In this document: one piece after another, positions 26,348 through 43,651 of the stretch
Layout: each line of letters opens with the position of its first letter
Position numbering within the stretch: the stretch's first letter is position 1
Source of the DNA: the human T2T-CHM13v2.0 reference genome, Homo sapiens
Assembly: GCF_009914755.1 (NCBI RefSeq)
Contig: NC_060930.1
Strand: one strand, 5' to 3'
Length of the DNA stretch: 64,000 nt
Made by a program: the position numbers and the translations under genes
Notes under the pieces: generated by a model
Database searches by the model: none
What the model saw: only the letters and a program-made list of their open reading frames with translations
Told to the model about the DNA's origin: nothing

Positions 26348-28276
26348 TGAGTGTATTTGTGTGGTAAAAAATTTAAACACATAAATGGGTATATTATGAA
26401 AAGGATGTCTCCCTCCTAGTTTTAGTCCCTTACTGGGAGACCATAGCCTTAGTCCCACTTAGTCATGGTTATGTTCTTTTGAGTATGTTTCCTATGCATG
26501 TACTGCATTTGTTCTTTTTTTTAACACAAATAGCATACGACACACTATTCCGGAACCACCTCAGTTTTTTCAGTTAACGTATCTTGGAATTCTTTCCAAA
26601 TGAGCATATACATTTCTAGCATCCTGTATAATAAATGGCAGAACAGTATTCCAGTTAGGTGCATGTACCAGATTTTATGTAATCAGTTTATCTAGTTCCT
26701 TCTTGATGAGTATTATTATGCTACAAAAGTAGCATGAAATATGTTGAATTTTAGGGCTTATGGACAATCTAAGTGTGAAAATGCCTTAGGTGTCTGAATT
26801 AGGAGAGAGGATGAGCTAGGGCTTTATCATTTAGGGTGACATGAGTGTGTATTGTCATAACTGAAGCCAAGGGAGCAGGTAGAGTCACATAAGAAGTATT
26901 GTTAGATCAGTGATTCTCTGTGGGATAGAAATGGAGTTGTCAGAATCACTTCGGGAGTCTTTTCTAAAAAACACATTACTCATGCTTTCCCTAGCCCCAG
27001 TTTAGTGGGTCCACGATAAGGTTTGGATAGTTCATCCTTGACCTTTTTTCTTTCATCTCTTGAAAAAGTGTCACTTTCTTTTGAGACCCAGTGGTATAGA
27101 GTGAAAAGATAACTAAGGATGGAACCCTGAGGAACACAGGTAGAAAAAGATGAGTTTGGAAAGGAGTTGGATACACTGAGATAGGAGGTAAATCAGGTGA
27201 GTATAAGGTTAGTGAAACCAAAGGAGGTGATATTTCAATGAAGAAATGGCAGTAGGTTCATGCTGCAAAGAATGGTCAAGTTAAGATGATAATTGAGACA
27301 TCTCTGCTCCTTGAAGGTCCTAGAAGAACTTGAGTAATGCTTTTAAAGTCATGTTAGTGCCTCTCAGCAGTATTCTGGCCCAGCATGGTACCAGGGTATG
27401 TTTTGTGAAAAATTGTTGTAATTACATCCTATGTGTACCAGAAATGAACATCTTTCATTAATCATTCATGAATCTAACCATCATGAATTGAAACTTCTCT
27501 TGAATCTATATTTTCACTTCTATTAACACTTCCAATAATATATATGTTTTTAGGGTAATTTTTTAAAAAACTCTTGAACTTCAACTTCTTAGTCTTCTAG
27601 GTTCTGGCAGACAAGATTGCGTTCACCTCATTTGTCTTGATATTTGACTTAATTTTATAGACCTAACCATCTCTCTCAGCTTTTGTTTTTCTAGGAAGAA
27701 GTCCCTTTTATTTAGTCTGGACTTCGATTCCTATAAATATTTAGATGTCTTTTCTGAAGTCTTTCCAATTGTATGTTATGTCTTTTTGAAGTGCATCTGT
27801 GTTGCTGAAAAGATACTAATACTCAGATTCCATGTCTCTCCCCCTCCCCCGTATAGGTTGAGATGTCATAGAAAGAAGGCGTTCATGTGGGAGATAATGA
27901 AATATATTTCTTAAGAAAAGCTCAGTATATATATAGGAAAAATTAGGTGAAGTATGAGGTAAGATGAGGGGACAGACTTCTTGGCTGATACTGGTTTATG
28001 CTATTTTATTCATGACATGTGCTGTATGTGTCAATATGACACAAGAAGAAAGGACATATTGGAATTATTAGAGGAGACAGTGTGAGGATTAAGGTCAAGT
28101 AGTTTTTTTCAGATATTCTAAAAATCTTATTTTGCTGTGTGTGATTTTCTGTAAACATTCTTCAGCGTATTTTGCTATATGTAACTGCTCTGTTGTTATT
28201 TTAGGGAATTTTAAGCATTTCAGCATTGGAACTGTGTAATCAGAGACAATGGGTCCTTTTAATGTATAGATAGTCC

Positions 28277-28575
<299 letters not shown>

Positions 28576-29846
28576 GATAGACTCTTATTAAAGAACAACA
28601 TATATAGAGAACAGCGTGTATACCAATATGCTAAATATACACAAAAATACACTTTGTTTAAAATTATATTGATACAATTTAAATAGTGTCATAAATATTA
28701 CGGCAACTTGATGTTACTTTATTTTAGAATATCCCTGGAGGCCTTCGAGGTTGAAGCTGTTTTGATTTCACACCCTTCTGTTTTAAAACATAGGGACTGA
28801 CAGGGAGACCCAGGGCTGCAATCTGGGTGGTGCTACATTTGTAGACAAGGACAACTTGCTGTATTTTAACCCAGAAACATTAGAAAGTTTGTTCTTGAAC
28901 TTCTGGCTCAGATTTAGATGCATCTTTGAAGTGCTGATATTTGGCTTATCTGAAGCTTTGGGATTATCATTTTCTAGTTATGAAGGGAATGAAAGTGTTC
29001 ATAACATTTTTGCAGGTGGAAGGTAAAGTTGTTGTTTTGTTCCTCAAATTTTTTTTTGCTTAATTTAAAAAATATTGAGATATAATTCACCTACCATAAA
29101 TTTCATCCTTTTGGAGTGTATAACTGTGTGTGGTTTTTAGTCTCTTCACAAAGTTATGCAACCATCACTACTGTCTTAATTCCAGACAATTTCATCACTT
29201 TGTAATTCAAGACAATTTCATCACTTCATAAAGAAATCTCATATCCAATAGCAGTCACTTCTCCCCTCAGCTCCTGCTAAACATGAATCTACTTTCTGGT
29301 TCTATGGATTTGCCAGTTCTGGACATTTCACATAAGTGGAATCATACCATATATGACCTTTTGTGTCCGGCTTCTTTGACTTAGCATAACGTTTTCAAGG
29401 TTCTTCCATGTTGTAGTGTACTTCATGTCTTTTTGTGGCTGTATAATACTCCATGTGGATATACCACATTTTGTTTATCTGTTCATCAGCTGATGGATAA
29501 TGAGTTGTTTCAGGTTTTTGGCTATTATGAATAATACTGCTGTGAACATTTGTTTACAAGTTTTTGTGTGAACACCTGTTTTCACTTCTCTTATTTGAAT
29601 ACCTAGGAGGGGAATTTCGGGATGATATGGTAACTCTGTTTAACTTTTGAGTAAACTACCACCCTGTTTTCCAGAGCAACTACATTATTTTACATTCCCA
29701 CCAGCAATGTATGAAGACTCCAGTTTCTTCACATCTTTGCCAATACTTGTCATTGCTGCTCTTTTTGATTATAGCCAACCCTGTGGCATCTCCATTGTGT
29801 TTTGATTTGCATTTCCTTAATGACTGATGATGTTGAGTATCATTAA

Positions 29847-30582
<736 letters not shown>

Positions 30583-30873
30583 ATAAGTTGTAAAATTTAT
30601 GTATTCTGGTTACTAGTTATTTATCAGATACAGGATTTGCAAATTTTTTTCCCATTTTGTAGGTGGTGGTTTCACGTTTTTTGGGGATGTGTCCTTTAGA
30701 GCACAAAAGTTTTAATTTTGATGAATTCTTATTTATCTTTTTGTTGTTTTTGCTTGTGCTTTTGGTATATCTGAGAAAACTTTACCTAATTCAAGGTCAC
30801 AAATATTTACACTATGTTTTCTCTAATAGTTTTACAGTTTTAGCTCTTATTTTACATTTAAGTTGGTTATCTA

Positions 30874-31181
<308 letters not shown>

Positions 31182-31335
31182 TAATTTCTGTCTTTATGCC
31201 AATGTCACACTGTCTTGAGTACTTCCTTTGTAATAGGTTTTGAAACCAGGAATTGTGTGACTTCTACAATTTCATTCTTCTTTATCAAGCATGTTTTGGC
31301 TGTTTTGGGTCCTTTGAAATTACATATGAATTTCA

Positions 31336-31375
31336 TCAGCTTGTCAGCTTGTCAGCTTGATCAGCTTGTCAGCTT
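31336..31375. repeat. (TCAGCTTG)n octamer repeat, ~5 copies
   Basis: TCAGCTTG x3, A, TCAGCTTG, TCAGCTT. Confidence 0.85.
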
Positions 31376-32224
31376 CTGCAAAAAAGCCAGCTTGGAGTTT
31401 GGTAGGGGTTGCATTGCATCTCCAGATGAATTTGGGGAATGTCTCCATATTAACAATATTTAGTCTTCCTATCCTTGAACATGGGATATATTTTCATTTA
31501 TCTGTCTTCAGTTCTTTCAACAACATTTTGTAGTTTTCACTGTACAATGATCTGGTCTTTTGCTTTCCAAAACCAGAAACTCTTTTTTAAGTTGAAGGTT
31601 TCTTAAGACTTTTGGGGAGGCAGTTCTGCTAAACAAACAGAAAAGAGAACATTTGGTTAGAAAAAACAGAGATAACAGGAAGATTAATTATTTTAATAAT
31701 AAAGCAAGGAACCAATTTATTAAAATTTTTTAGAATATGCTTTGTAACCATAATGCTTGAATCTGTTATACATTTGTCTCAGACTGGAAGTTCCCCTTTG
31801 TGACTTCAAGATACTTGAGAAACAATCAGTAATCAGTTAATGGGTTGCTGGGTTATAGAAAAATCAACACAGAGGAAATTTAGAGATCTTGAGTAAATAT
31901 TTCACTTTAGTTATGAAAGAGGGTAATGAATGAAAGAGGGTATTTTAAGAAGGGTTTCCGAATAAGTTTCAGTTCTTTGAGTAATAACTTTATGGAAAGA
32001 GAGACTATTTCTCTAGTGTCTGATTTTCTCCTCCCCCATAACATTTTATCATGAGAAATCAAGAATTGTACATCCATTTATTTACTACCTAGATTCTGTA
32101 ATATTTTGCTTTATTTGCTTTCCATCCTTCTATCCATCTATTAATCTTATTTTTTATTTTCCAAGTAAATTGTAGACTCAATACATTTACCCTTCTGTAC
32201 TTCAGCATGCATATCATTAACTAG

Positions 32225-32552
<328 letters not shown>

Positions 32553-32646
32553 TGTTTTTAAGTTTTGAAGTACAATTTATATACAGTGAAAAATACATCT
32601 CTCAAGCATAGTATTCAGTGAGTTTTGACAAATGCACATACCTGTA

Positions 32647-32988
32647 TGTCTTAGTTTGGGCTACTATAACAAAATACTTGGGTAATTTATAAACAGTGTA
32701 AATTTATTGCTCATAGTTCTGGAGGGCAAGGTCAAGGTACTGGCAGATTCAGTGTCCGATGAGGGCCCATTCCTTATAGGCGGCACCTTGTTGCTGTGTC
32801 CTTATGTGGCGGAAGGGTCTAAGGTGCTCCCTTCATCCTCTTTTATAAAGGTACTAATTCCATTGATGAGGGCGATGCCTTAATAACTTAGTTACCTCCC
32901 AGAAGCCCCACTTCTTTATACTATCACATTCGGTATTCGGTTCCAACAAATGAATTTTGGGGAGGACACCGACATTGAGACTGTGGTA
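32647..32988 (-). mobile_element. MaLR LTR (MST/MLT1A-like) nested in an old L1
   Basis: TGTCTTAGTTTGGGCTACTATAACAAAATAC...AAATTTATTGCTCATAGTTCTGGAGG...ATGAATTTTGGGGAGGACAC. Confidence 0.8.
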
Positions 32989-33611
32989 CTCTGTAACCCA
33001 AACCTTTACCAGGAGATATACTATGTAATGCTACTCTCGCTCCAGAAAGGTTCCTCATGTCCCTTCCTAGTCAGGCTGGTCCCTTCTGCTGTTTCTCGTA
33101 CCCTATCAGGCAGCCATGGTCCTGATTTTTTTCCCCATCATAGATTAGTTTTGCCTGTTTTGAAAGTCGTATAAATGGAGTCATATGCTGTGTACATTAT
33201 ATACTCTTTGACACAGTGTAATGTTTTTGATATTTATCAGTGTTGTATGAATAAGTTTGTTCATCTTTATTATTGCATACTTTATATAGTATTATTTCAT
33301 TGTATAACTATACAACCAGTTTCTCTATTCTCCTGTTTATATATACCCTAATTTGCTTTTTAAATAATAATAATAGTACTATAAAAATCACTTATCAGCA
33401 AACACCCTTACTTGACATCAAGAAAAGGACTAGAATAGATTGGAATTTACTTAGATAACTTTATATTCCATCCTTGCTCTTTTAGTTGCCTTAATTTTAT
33501 TTTTAGAGTTTGGGAGATACCCTGGCCCTATGAGCATCCCAATGTTAAATAATCTCATTCATTATGTTGTGATTTCTGCTACAGGATGATCTTTTAAATC
33601 TTAATTTCTTT

Positions 33612-33939
<328 letters not shown>

Positions 33940-33973
33940 CTATTCAGGTGATTTTGTTTCTTTAAGTGTTCCT

Positions 33974-34394
<421 letters not shown>

Positions 34395-34692
34395 TTATTC
34401 CTGTTTAGAGACCAGTGTTTGCTTAATGGCTTGGGCCTGTTTTTGCAATTACTCAGCATTTTCCTCACTAAAAAACCTTTAATATACTCAACAATCATTG
34501 GTAAATGAGACCTCTTTTTCTTTTCTAGCTGAGACATTGCATATTCTTTTAACATTTCCAACACTGATAGTTTTCTGTCCTTGTGTATCCTTGTAGTTTC
34601 TAAAAAAAAAAAAAGCTAATTTGAACATATTCTCAAAGTTAATAAATACTAACAAATGCTGAATACAATAAGATTATTTTTTTTCTATTGTT

Positions 34693-34993
34693 TTCTTTTT
34701 TTGGGGGGACAGAGTCTCACTTTGTTGCCCAGGCTGGAGTGCAATGGTGTGATCTTGGCTCACTGTCACCTCCACCCCTTGGGCTCAATTGATCCTCCCA
34801 CCTCAGCTTCCTGAGCAGCTGGGACCACAAGACCACCACGCCTGGCTTTTTTTCTTTTTTTCTTTTCTTTTTTTTGTGAAGACAGGGTTTTGCCAGTTGC
34901 CCAGGCTGGTCTTGAACTCTTGGGCTCCAGTGATCTGCCCGCCTCGACCTCCTAAAGTGTTGGGATTATAGGCGTGAGCCACTGCACCTGGCC
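34693..34993 (-). mobile_element. AluJ
   Basis: Diverged reverse Alu. Confidence 0.88.
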
Positions 34994-35001
34994 AAGATTG
35001 A

Positions 35002-35350
<349 letters not shown>

Positions 35351-35502
35351 AGTTTTTTTCTTTTCTAAGTGAAACAGTGTTTAGGCTATTGGTGTGGTGA
35401 AAGGCCTGAAAACTGGAGCTGTGGTCTGCTGGCTGAGGTTCTGCTTACTTGTTGCTTCTGAACAAACCACTTTAACACTTAGGGTCTTAAAAAGCAATTA
35501 TC

Positions 35503-35813
<311 letters not shown>

Positions 35814-35819
35814 TTATCA

Positions 35820-35990
35820 TCTCTCACAGTTGATGGGCTCAGTTGGAGACTGGCATAGCATCACTTCTACCATATTCCGTGGTCAAAGCAGTTATGGAGC
35901 CTGCCCAGATTCAAGAGAAGGAGAACTGGACTCCATTTCTCAATGAGAGGAGTAGCACAGAGCTTGGGGCCATCTTTAATCTTCTACTGA
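35820..35990 (-). mobile_element. MLT1 (MaLR) LTR fragment
   Basis: GCATCACTTCTACCATATTC...GCCCAGATTCAAGAGAAGG motif. Confidence 0.55.
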
Positions 35991-37097
35991 TGGTGTGACT
36001 GGCAAGTGGCAATCTTGGGAGGCAGACGTAACTGAATTACAGACAGCAGTCATTTTTAGGTGTTATAATGTGTTATATACACCCTCCTTATCACTCACAT
36101 TTTTTTTTTGTTTTTTAATTTTCTTCTGGGTTAAAATTTACCATGCCTAGGCACAGCTCCAAAGTAAACCTGTTTCGTTGTCTTTGTTGGCAGAAGGGTA
36201 AACATAAATGAAATTTGGTTAGGGGAAAGGTTTTTAATGATACAGATAAGAAAATAAACTGTAGAAAAATGTCAGATTTCCTAGCCCCTTTTCCTCAAAG
36301 GAAGCATGTATAGCTTAATCTTCCAAGAACTAACTTGTTTTATTGCTTTTTCGTACTGTGAGCTGTGGTAACTTGCAGCATTTAGGAAAATGGTTTTTGA
36401 AGCAGGTTGCATGTATCATCAGTAGAGCAGCGTATGCCAGTCTCTACTCCCTCAGAGACTTGCTAGGCTGGACTTGTCCCTTCCTTGTACTCAGCGTCCT
36501 TGGAACATACTCTCTTAGATAAAATGTTTGTAAAGTGCTTTGGGAAATAATGATGAAATGGGTTGAAACCAGCATTGTTCATAATTTTCCTAACTTCTGA
36601 GCTTAAAGTGAGCCTTAGCTTATCCTTCATGATGTTTACCTTTTAGAGGTCTAAAGACTAATGGTACAGTTTTTCTTTTCCTGGTTAGATTTTTAAAATG
36701 AAACATTATTTTTGGAATTTTAGAACTTGCACTGCCCTGCATCCTGGAATTTGTGAAGTGAAGTGTTCTCTCATCTCTACCTCAGCTCTTAGAATTGCTC
36801 TGTGACCCAGGCCCTGATTAAATACCTGTACAGCTTTTCCTGATCCCATAGGACACTCATGTTGGCTTTTGCCTGTTCCTGTTATAGCCCTGATTCATCA
36901 TTTGTATATGTCTGAGTTCATTTTAAGCTGTTTGAGGGTTGAGGCCATCTCAGTCATCTTTAGTTCCACCACAGTGCCTTACATTATGCTTTGCTTAAAT
37001 GTATTCAATGAAATATACTTCTAGGTGCACAATATTCCACTAAGAACCCAAGCCTTAGCAGAAACTAGCAAGTGCTATTAAAAAGTGTGGAAAATTG

Positions 37098-37205
37098 AGC
37101 CAGGTGCAGCTGTTTGGAAGGCTTAGTTAGGCAAGAGGATCCCTTGAGCACAGGAGTTTAAGTCCAACCTGGAGAACATAGCAAGACCCTTGTCCCTTTA
37201 AAATA
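37098..37205 (+). mobile_element. FLAM-type Alu monomer
   Basis: GAGGATCCCTTGAGCACAGGAGTTT...AACATAGCAAGACCC. Confidence 0.7.
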
Positions 37206-37461
37206 AAAGGGAAAATTATAGTATTAAAGTTATGAAGAAAGCCATCGAGCACCTAATAATGGCAGCTGATATTTCTGTAGCACTATGTAGTATACAGACC
37301 CTTTCACATAAGTTGAATTGCACGCTTTGACTACTCTTGGACGTTGCAGATATTTACTCCTTAACAGTAAAGAGTCTGGAACTTGCCGAAGCTCACTCAT
37401 CTAGAAAGAGGTGGAGCTGGAACTCAAATCTAGTTTGTTAGTATCTGAGGCAATCCTATAA

Positions 37462-37780
<319 letters not shown>

Positions 37781-38023
37781 GTATACTTGTGATTTTTATT
37801 CAGGTAGGTTTTGCATTTGAAGTTACAAAATAGATTGAAAGATGATAGTTGAATTATTGGCTTTACTAAAAGAATGTTTATTTCTGGTGATATATTAACC
37901 AGAGATTTAATTTGCACCAGTTTGATTTATATCACCCGTTGGCAATATACTACATGTGAAAGTTACTTTTTATGTTTTTTATATTTTGAGAATTATTTTA
38001 AAATATTAGCTCATGTAAGGTTA

Positions 38024-38362
<339 letters not shown>

Positions 38363-38490
38363 CTATTGATACACAGAAAGTGTTATGGGTGATTATTTTC
38401 TCTATTCTCCATAATATGATACATAATTGGTACCATTCTAGATACATAGGAAAGAAGTTAATCTGTTACATGTAAAGGATGCCTTGGGAA

Positions 38491-38780
38491 TAGGTCAGTA
38501 AACTGCCTAGAGCCAGATCTGGCCAGTGAATTCAGAATTTTTTTATAAGAATGATGTTACGTTTTTAAAGCCTTGGAAAAGTATTTTTGTGTGAAAATTA
38601 CATGAAATTCAATTCAGTATGTTCATAAATAAAGTTTTATTGGAACACGGTCATGCTCATTTACTTATCATTGGTGGTTAATTTTGTGCTACAGTGACAG
38701 AATTGAGTAGTTGTGACAGAGATGTAGTGGCCTAAAAGCGTAAAATACTTACAGAAAGGTTTGTTAATTTTTCTGCCCTA
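38491..38780 (+). mobile_element. MER58 (hAT-Charlie)
   Basis: AAATAAAGTTTTATTGGAACAC...CAGAATTGAGTAGTTGTGACAGAGA. Confidence 0.8.
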
Positions 38781-40167
38781 GGGCATTAGTGCCTAATTCT
38801 GCCTTGTGGAACCTCAACTGAGAAAGGGCTAAGATTACCAGTGATGATCCCTTTTAGATTGCTGCAGTCTTCTTTATATTTAGTAGGAAAGTACAGATAT
38901 CATTACTGTTTTGAGAACTTTATCCTTTCTTTACTCTTTGTCACTTGGCTTTGACAGTTGCAACCTGGATTGGGCACTCAAGTTTTATTTTGTTCTAACA
39001 TGCTGAGTTTGACTAGTCCATTGTATTTGGCACTTTGAAAAGTACTTTTTAAAAATAGCTTACATTGAGATTTGCTTTTGAGAAGCTACTAATTGGCAGT
39101 TCCAAACTGGACAGATTGAGGCCAGGTAAAGCCTGTAGGTGCCTGTCAGGCAGCGGTGAAGTTAAAAATCACCTGCTGTCAACACCAGGGAATTCTGTAA
39201 TCATTTTCATTTTTGAATAAATGGAGAATCATTAGATTCCTGGAGCTGCAGCACTGAATGGGGAAAATGGTTATTCTGCCTATGTGCACTATTTCCTTTG
39301 TCTCTGTAGCCTCATCATAAGTTACTCTTTGCTAACCTCTTTCTGGCTTTGGTTAAAAATTATTTTTCTGGTAAGTTTTTAATTAGGAAATGCAGAAATA
39401 GAGCTGCTTGAGTTGTCGTAACTTAAACTAGCCATGAAACTTACAAACTGGAGAGAGAGCTGTCTCGCTTAGAATGTAACTGAGTTTATTGTTGAAGTTA
39501 TGTTTAAAAAGAAAAAACTTGGGAGGGTTGTGTTTGCGTCTTTATGTTTTTTTCTTCCTCAAAATTTTTTTTTAACAATGTTTGGTGTCTCGATGCTGGT
39601 AGTCTGGTATTATAATGATGCTGAAGACAATTATAGACAGGCATAAGAGAATTGTTGAGAGAGCTGTCAGCTTCTCCTTTAAACTTCTATTTTGTATGGA
39701 ACTTTTTAAACTTTGATCTAGTTTGACAAGTGAAGTTCTTTAAACATCATGTTTTTCTGTGGAAGGGGAATTTGAAATAAAAAATCAACTCTAAGATTTG
39801 ACAGAAGTCTTAAGGCTTATAAGCCAATAGTGTCTTCTATTATTCTGGTAATTATGATAAACTGCTTTGCAAGTTGAGATGAATTAGTTTGGATTCTATA
39901 TTCCTGCTGCTCATCAACGGGGGCTGCAGGGGGCCAGAAGGTTGGAGTGAAGATGGAGGAGAATGGGAGAGACGGGGGAGGACCATAGACACACTGCATT
40001 CTCAAGCGAGAGCTCCCCTTTTAGAGTTGCATTGTTCTATTCAATTTTTCTTTTTGACTTTTTCCCCTCTCTTCTTCTTTGGGCTATGGGGAGGTAAGTA
40101 ATTCATAAACACCTGTCTTCCCCAGATGAATTGCGTCATATAATAGTTTGTGCTTGTGCCATTAGTA

Positions 40168-40481
<314 letters not shown>

Positions 40482-41227
40482 TGATTTTTGTTTAAAACTT
40501 CACTCCTTTTAAAATGATATAGAGTTGTGATAATAGATGGAAAATGTCCTAAAGGGCAGCAGATGGACTTCCTAGAACTTGATTTAAGAGCCCTTTTGGG
40601 AAGGAATGTTACGGTCCTGAGTAAGGGATGAGTGAGGCTCTGTGGGTTCTGCCACCATCTCCCATCCTTTCCTTTAGTTTCACCTAAATGTGATTGCTTT
40701 CTCTGCTGTACTCCTTCCTCTGTGCTTCCTTCTGTCTATCCTTGCTGCTGCCACCACTGCTTGCTGCGGGTACCTATAAAATGGCTATGTGGTATCTCAA
40801 CAGCAAGTTGAGCAGTGGACCATTAGTGAGAACATTCCATTCATCCTGGGCACAGCCCTAGTAGGTTTATTACTATAGTAGGAGGTCTGTCTTGTAGCCC
40901 TTGAGTATCTTATCTGAATTGGAAGCTAGAGAAGAATAAAACGTAGATGACTGAAACATAACCAGAAGCAGGATGGTTTTATTTCAGTTGAAGCTCTTTA
41001 GAGCCAGTCAGGAGAGGCATTTTGGAAGAGATGAGGTTTTTCTATCTGAGGAGGGTTAGAATGGGATTAATAGACCTTTAAAAACTGGAATTGGGAGTGA
41101 GAATCAGTTAGTCAACAAATATTCTGCTGTTTACTTTGTGCCAGAAATGACTCTAGGCACTGGGCATACGGAGAATAAGTCACTGCCCTCATGTATCCTG
41201 CATGAGGATGACACGTCTAATGGGTAA

Positions 41228-41540
41228 TAGTCATGTCAGTCAGTGACAGACCACAAATACGAAGGTGGTCCTATAAGATTATACTACTGTATTTCTACTG
41301 TACCATTGCTATGTTTAGATACACAAATACCACTGTGTCACAGTGGCCAACAGAATTCAGTACAGTAACGTGCTGGTTTGTAGCCTAGCAGTGATAGGCC
41401 ATACCACATAGCCTAGTTGTGTAGTAGGATATATCATCAAGGTTTTTCTAAGTACACTGTATGGTGTTTGCACAACAATGAAATTACCTAATGACATGTT
41501 TTTCAGAACATATTCCCATTGTTAAGCGATGCATGACTAT
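41228..41540. mobile_element. Tigger3/MER7-like (TcMar-Tigger) MITE
   Basis: GGTGGTCCTATAAGATTATA...GGTTTGTAGCCTAG...TTAAGCGATGCATGACT terminus. Confidence 0.8.
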
Positions 41541-41552
41541 AGTTAACGGAGG

Positions 41553-41670
41553 CAGCGATGGGTCTTGCTATGTTGCCAAGGCTGGTCTCTGACTCCTGGC
41601 TTGAAAGCAGTCCTTCTGCCTCAGCCTCCTGAGTAGCTGGGATTACAGGTGTGAGCCACTGCACCTGGCC
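41553..41670 (-). mobile_element. FLAM monomer
   Basis: GGGTCTTGCTATGTTGCCAAGGCTGGTCTC...GAGCCACTGCACCTGGCC. Confidence 0.8.
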
Positions 41671-41785
41671 CTTTGACTCTTTATACCCACTCTGTTTCCC
41701 ACCCCATTAGTCACCAAATTGATTTTCTTGGTTTTATCTGTCTTGTCTCTCCCTCCTTGCCATCACTGTCACCCTAATTCAGTGA

Positions 41786-42142
<357 letters not shown>

Positions 42143-42959
42143 TAGATCTGTTCATTTCATTTACCCACCAAAAAAGGATAAGTTCTTACTCTTTGAAATA
42201 AAAATCAAACTCCTTAGTCTGCCTCCTGAAATAAAAATCAAATTCCTTAGTCTGCCTCCAAACTATCTTGTTTAGCCCAGTCTCCCACCCTTTCCCACAT
42301 ATACTGTATTTGAGCTACGTAAAACTAATTGTTGTTCCCTACTTACAGTATTCTCTGAAGATCTCAAAGTGTTGTTGCACAGTTATGAATGGATTTCATA
42401 ATGACCCTGAATCCTAAAATAGAATTATTTTTAAAATTTTTGTTCAAGAATGAAAGGCAGTATATGTATAGAAGTAAAGATTTCTGTCCAAGAGAGTTAA
42501 AATTGGAAAAAAATACCTTATATCTAAGGGGACAGATTTTCAGCCATTAGGAAAAATTGGCTACTTAGAGAAGATACTCAGGTGCACAGAAATTTGACCA
42601 GCTATTATAGTGTAAGTTGCACATTGCCTGTTTGAGCTCCCTCAGTAGCTCAATTTCTGTTGTTGTTTTTGTTAATTAAAGATTGATTCTTTAAAGGCAC
42701 AGAAACAATAGCTGATACATTGCAGTAAAGTGTTCATCTTAGGCATATAAAAATAATTTTGATCTAACTTCTAAAGAATTGTTGTTAGCCATTCTAATTA
42801 TAATGTAGGAATATCACAGAGCCTACTGTGACCAGTGCTTTTGGGCTTAGTTTATATTCTAGCTGTAACAAAACCCAAACTAGGCTGTGCGACTGTAGCA
42901 AGTTATGTGACTTACCAGGAAATCAGTTTATTTATCTCATAAAGGGAGTTGGACTAGGT

Positions 42960-43152
42960 AAGTGGTTCTCCATGGGGGTGAGGAGGATGGATTTGTCTTC
43001 CAAGGGAGCATGTGACAATGTCTGGAGATATTTTTGCTTGTCACTACTTGGTGGGAAGTGGTGCTAATGGCATCTATTCAGTAGAGGCCAAGGATACTGC
43101 TAAACATCCTACAGTGTACAGGACATCCTCCACAACAAAGAATTACCTGGCA
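42960..43152 (+). mobile_element. MER20 (hAT-Charlie)
   Basis: CAATGTCTGGAGATATTTTTG...GTAGAGGCCAAGGATACTGCTAAACATCCTACAGTG...AACAAAGAATTA. Confidence 0.88.
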
Positions 43153-43477
43153 GTGACTCAGTTTTTTTGTCTATTCAAATCTAACCTGTACTTGTTTGCT
43201 TGAAGATTTTTCTTTTTCTGCCTGGCTCCATAAGTCTACCTAATCAAAACCATGCTTCTGTCCTACTTTATCCATTGTGGTGTCTCTATCACCTCATGCA
43301 CATATCTTGCCGTTTCCAAACTCCATGCCTTCTTATTTCTTCTCTTTTTGGAATGTATTTCTGCCACCTCTTATATTTACAACTTCTCCAGACATAATTT
43401 TTGTGTTCCCTTAGCATTTTGTGTTAATTTAGACTAATCATAGTTCTTTAGTTTCACACATTCTTATGTGTATTTCC

Positions 43478-43651
43478 TTTTTCTTTTCTTTTTTTTTTTT
43501 TTTAAAGACAGAGTCTTGTTCTGTTGCCCAGGCTGCAGTGCAGTGGCATGATCTCGGCTCACTGCAATCTCCACCTCCTGGGTTCAAGCAGTTCTCATGC
43601 CTCAGCCTCCCAAGAAGCTGAGATCACAGGCGTGAGCCACCATGCCCAGCC
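43478..43651 (-). mobile_element. Alu right-arm monomer (FRAM-like or recombined Alu)
   Basis: Single arm flanked by TTATGT(G/A)TATTTC repeats. Confidence 0.8.

Noticed and set aside
28728-29022. Possible cryptic exon (TTTTAG|AA...AAG|GTAAAG); also a strong acceptor at 16792
   Set aside because: Splice-like motifs of this quality are expected by chance in a 53-kb intron, and there is no other support.
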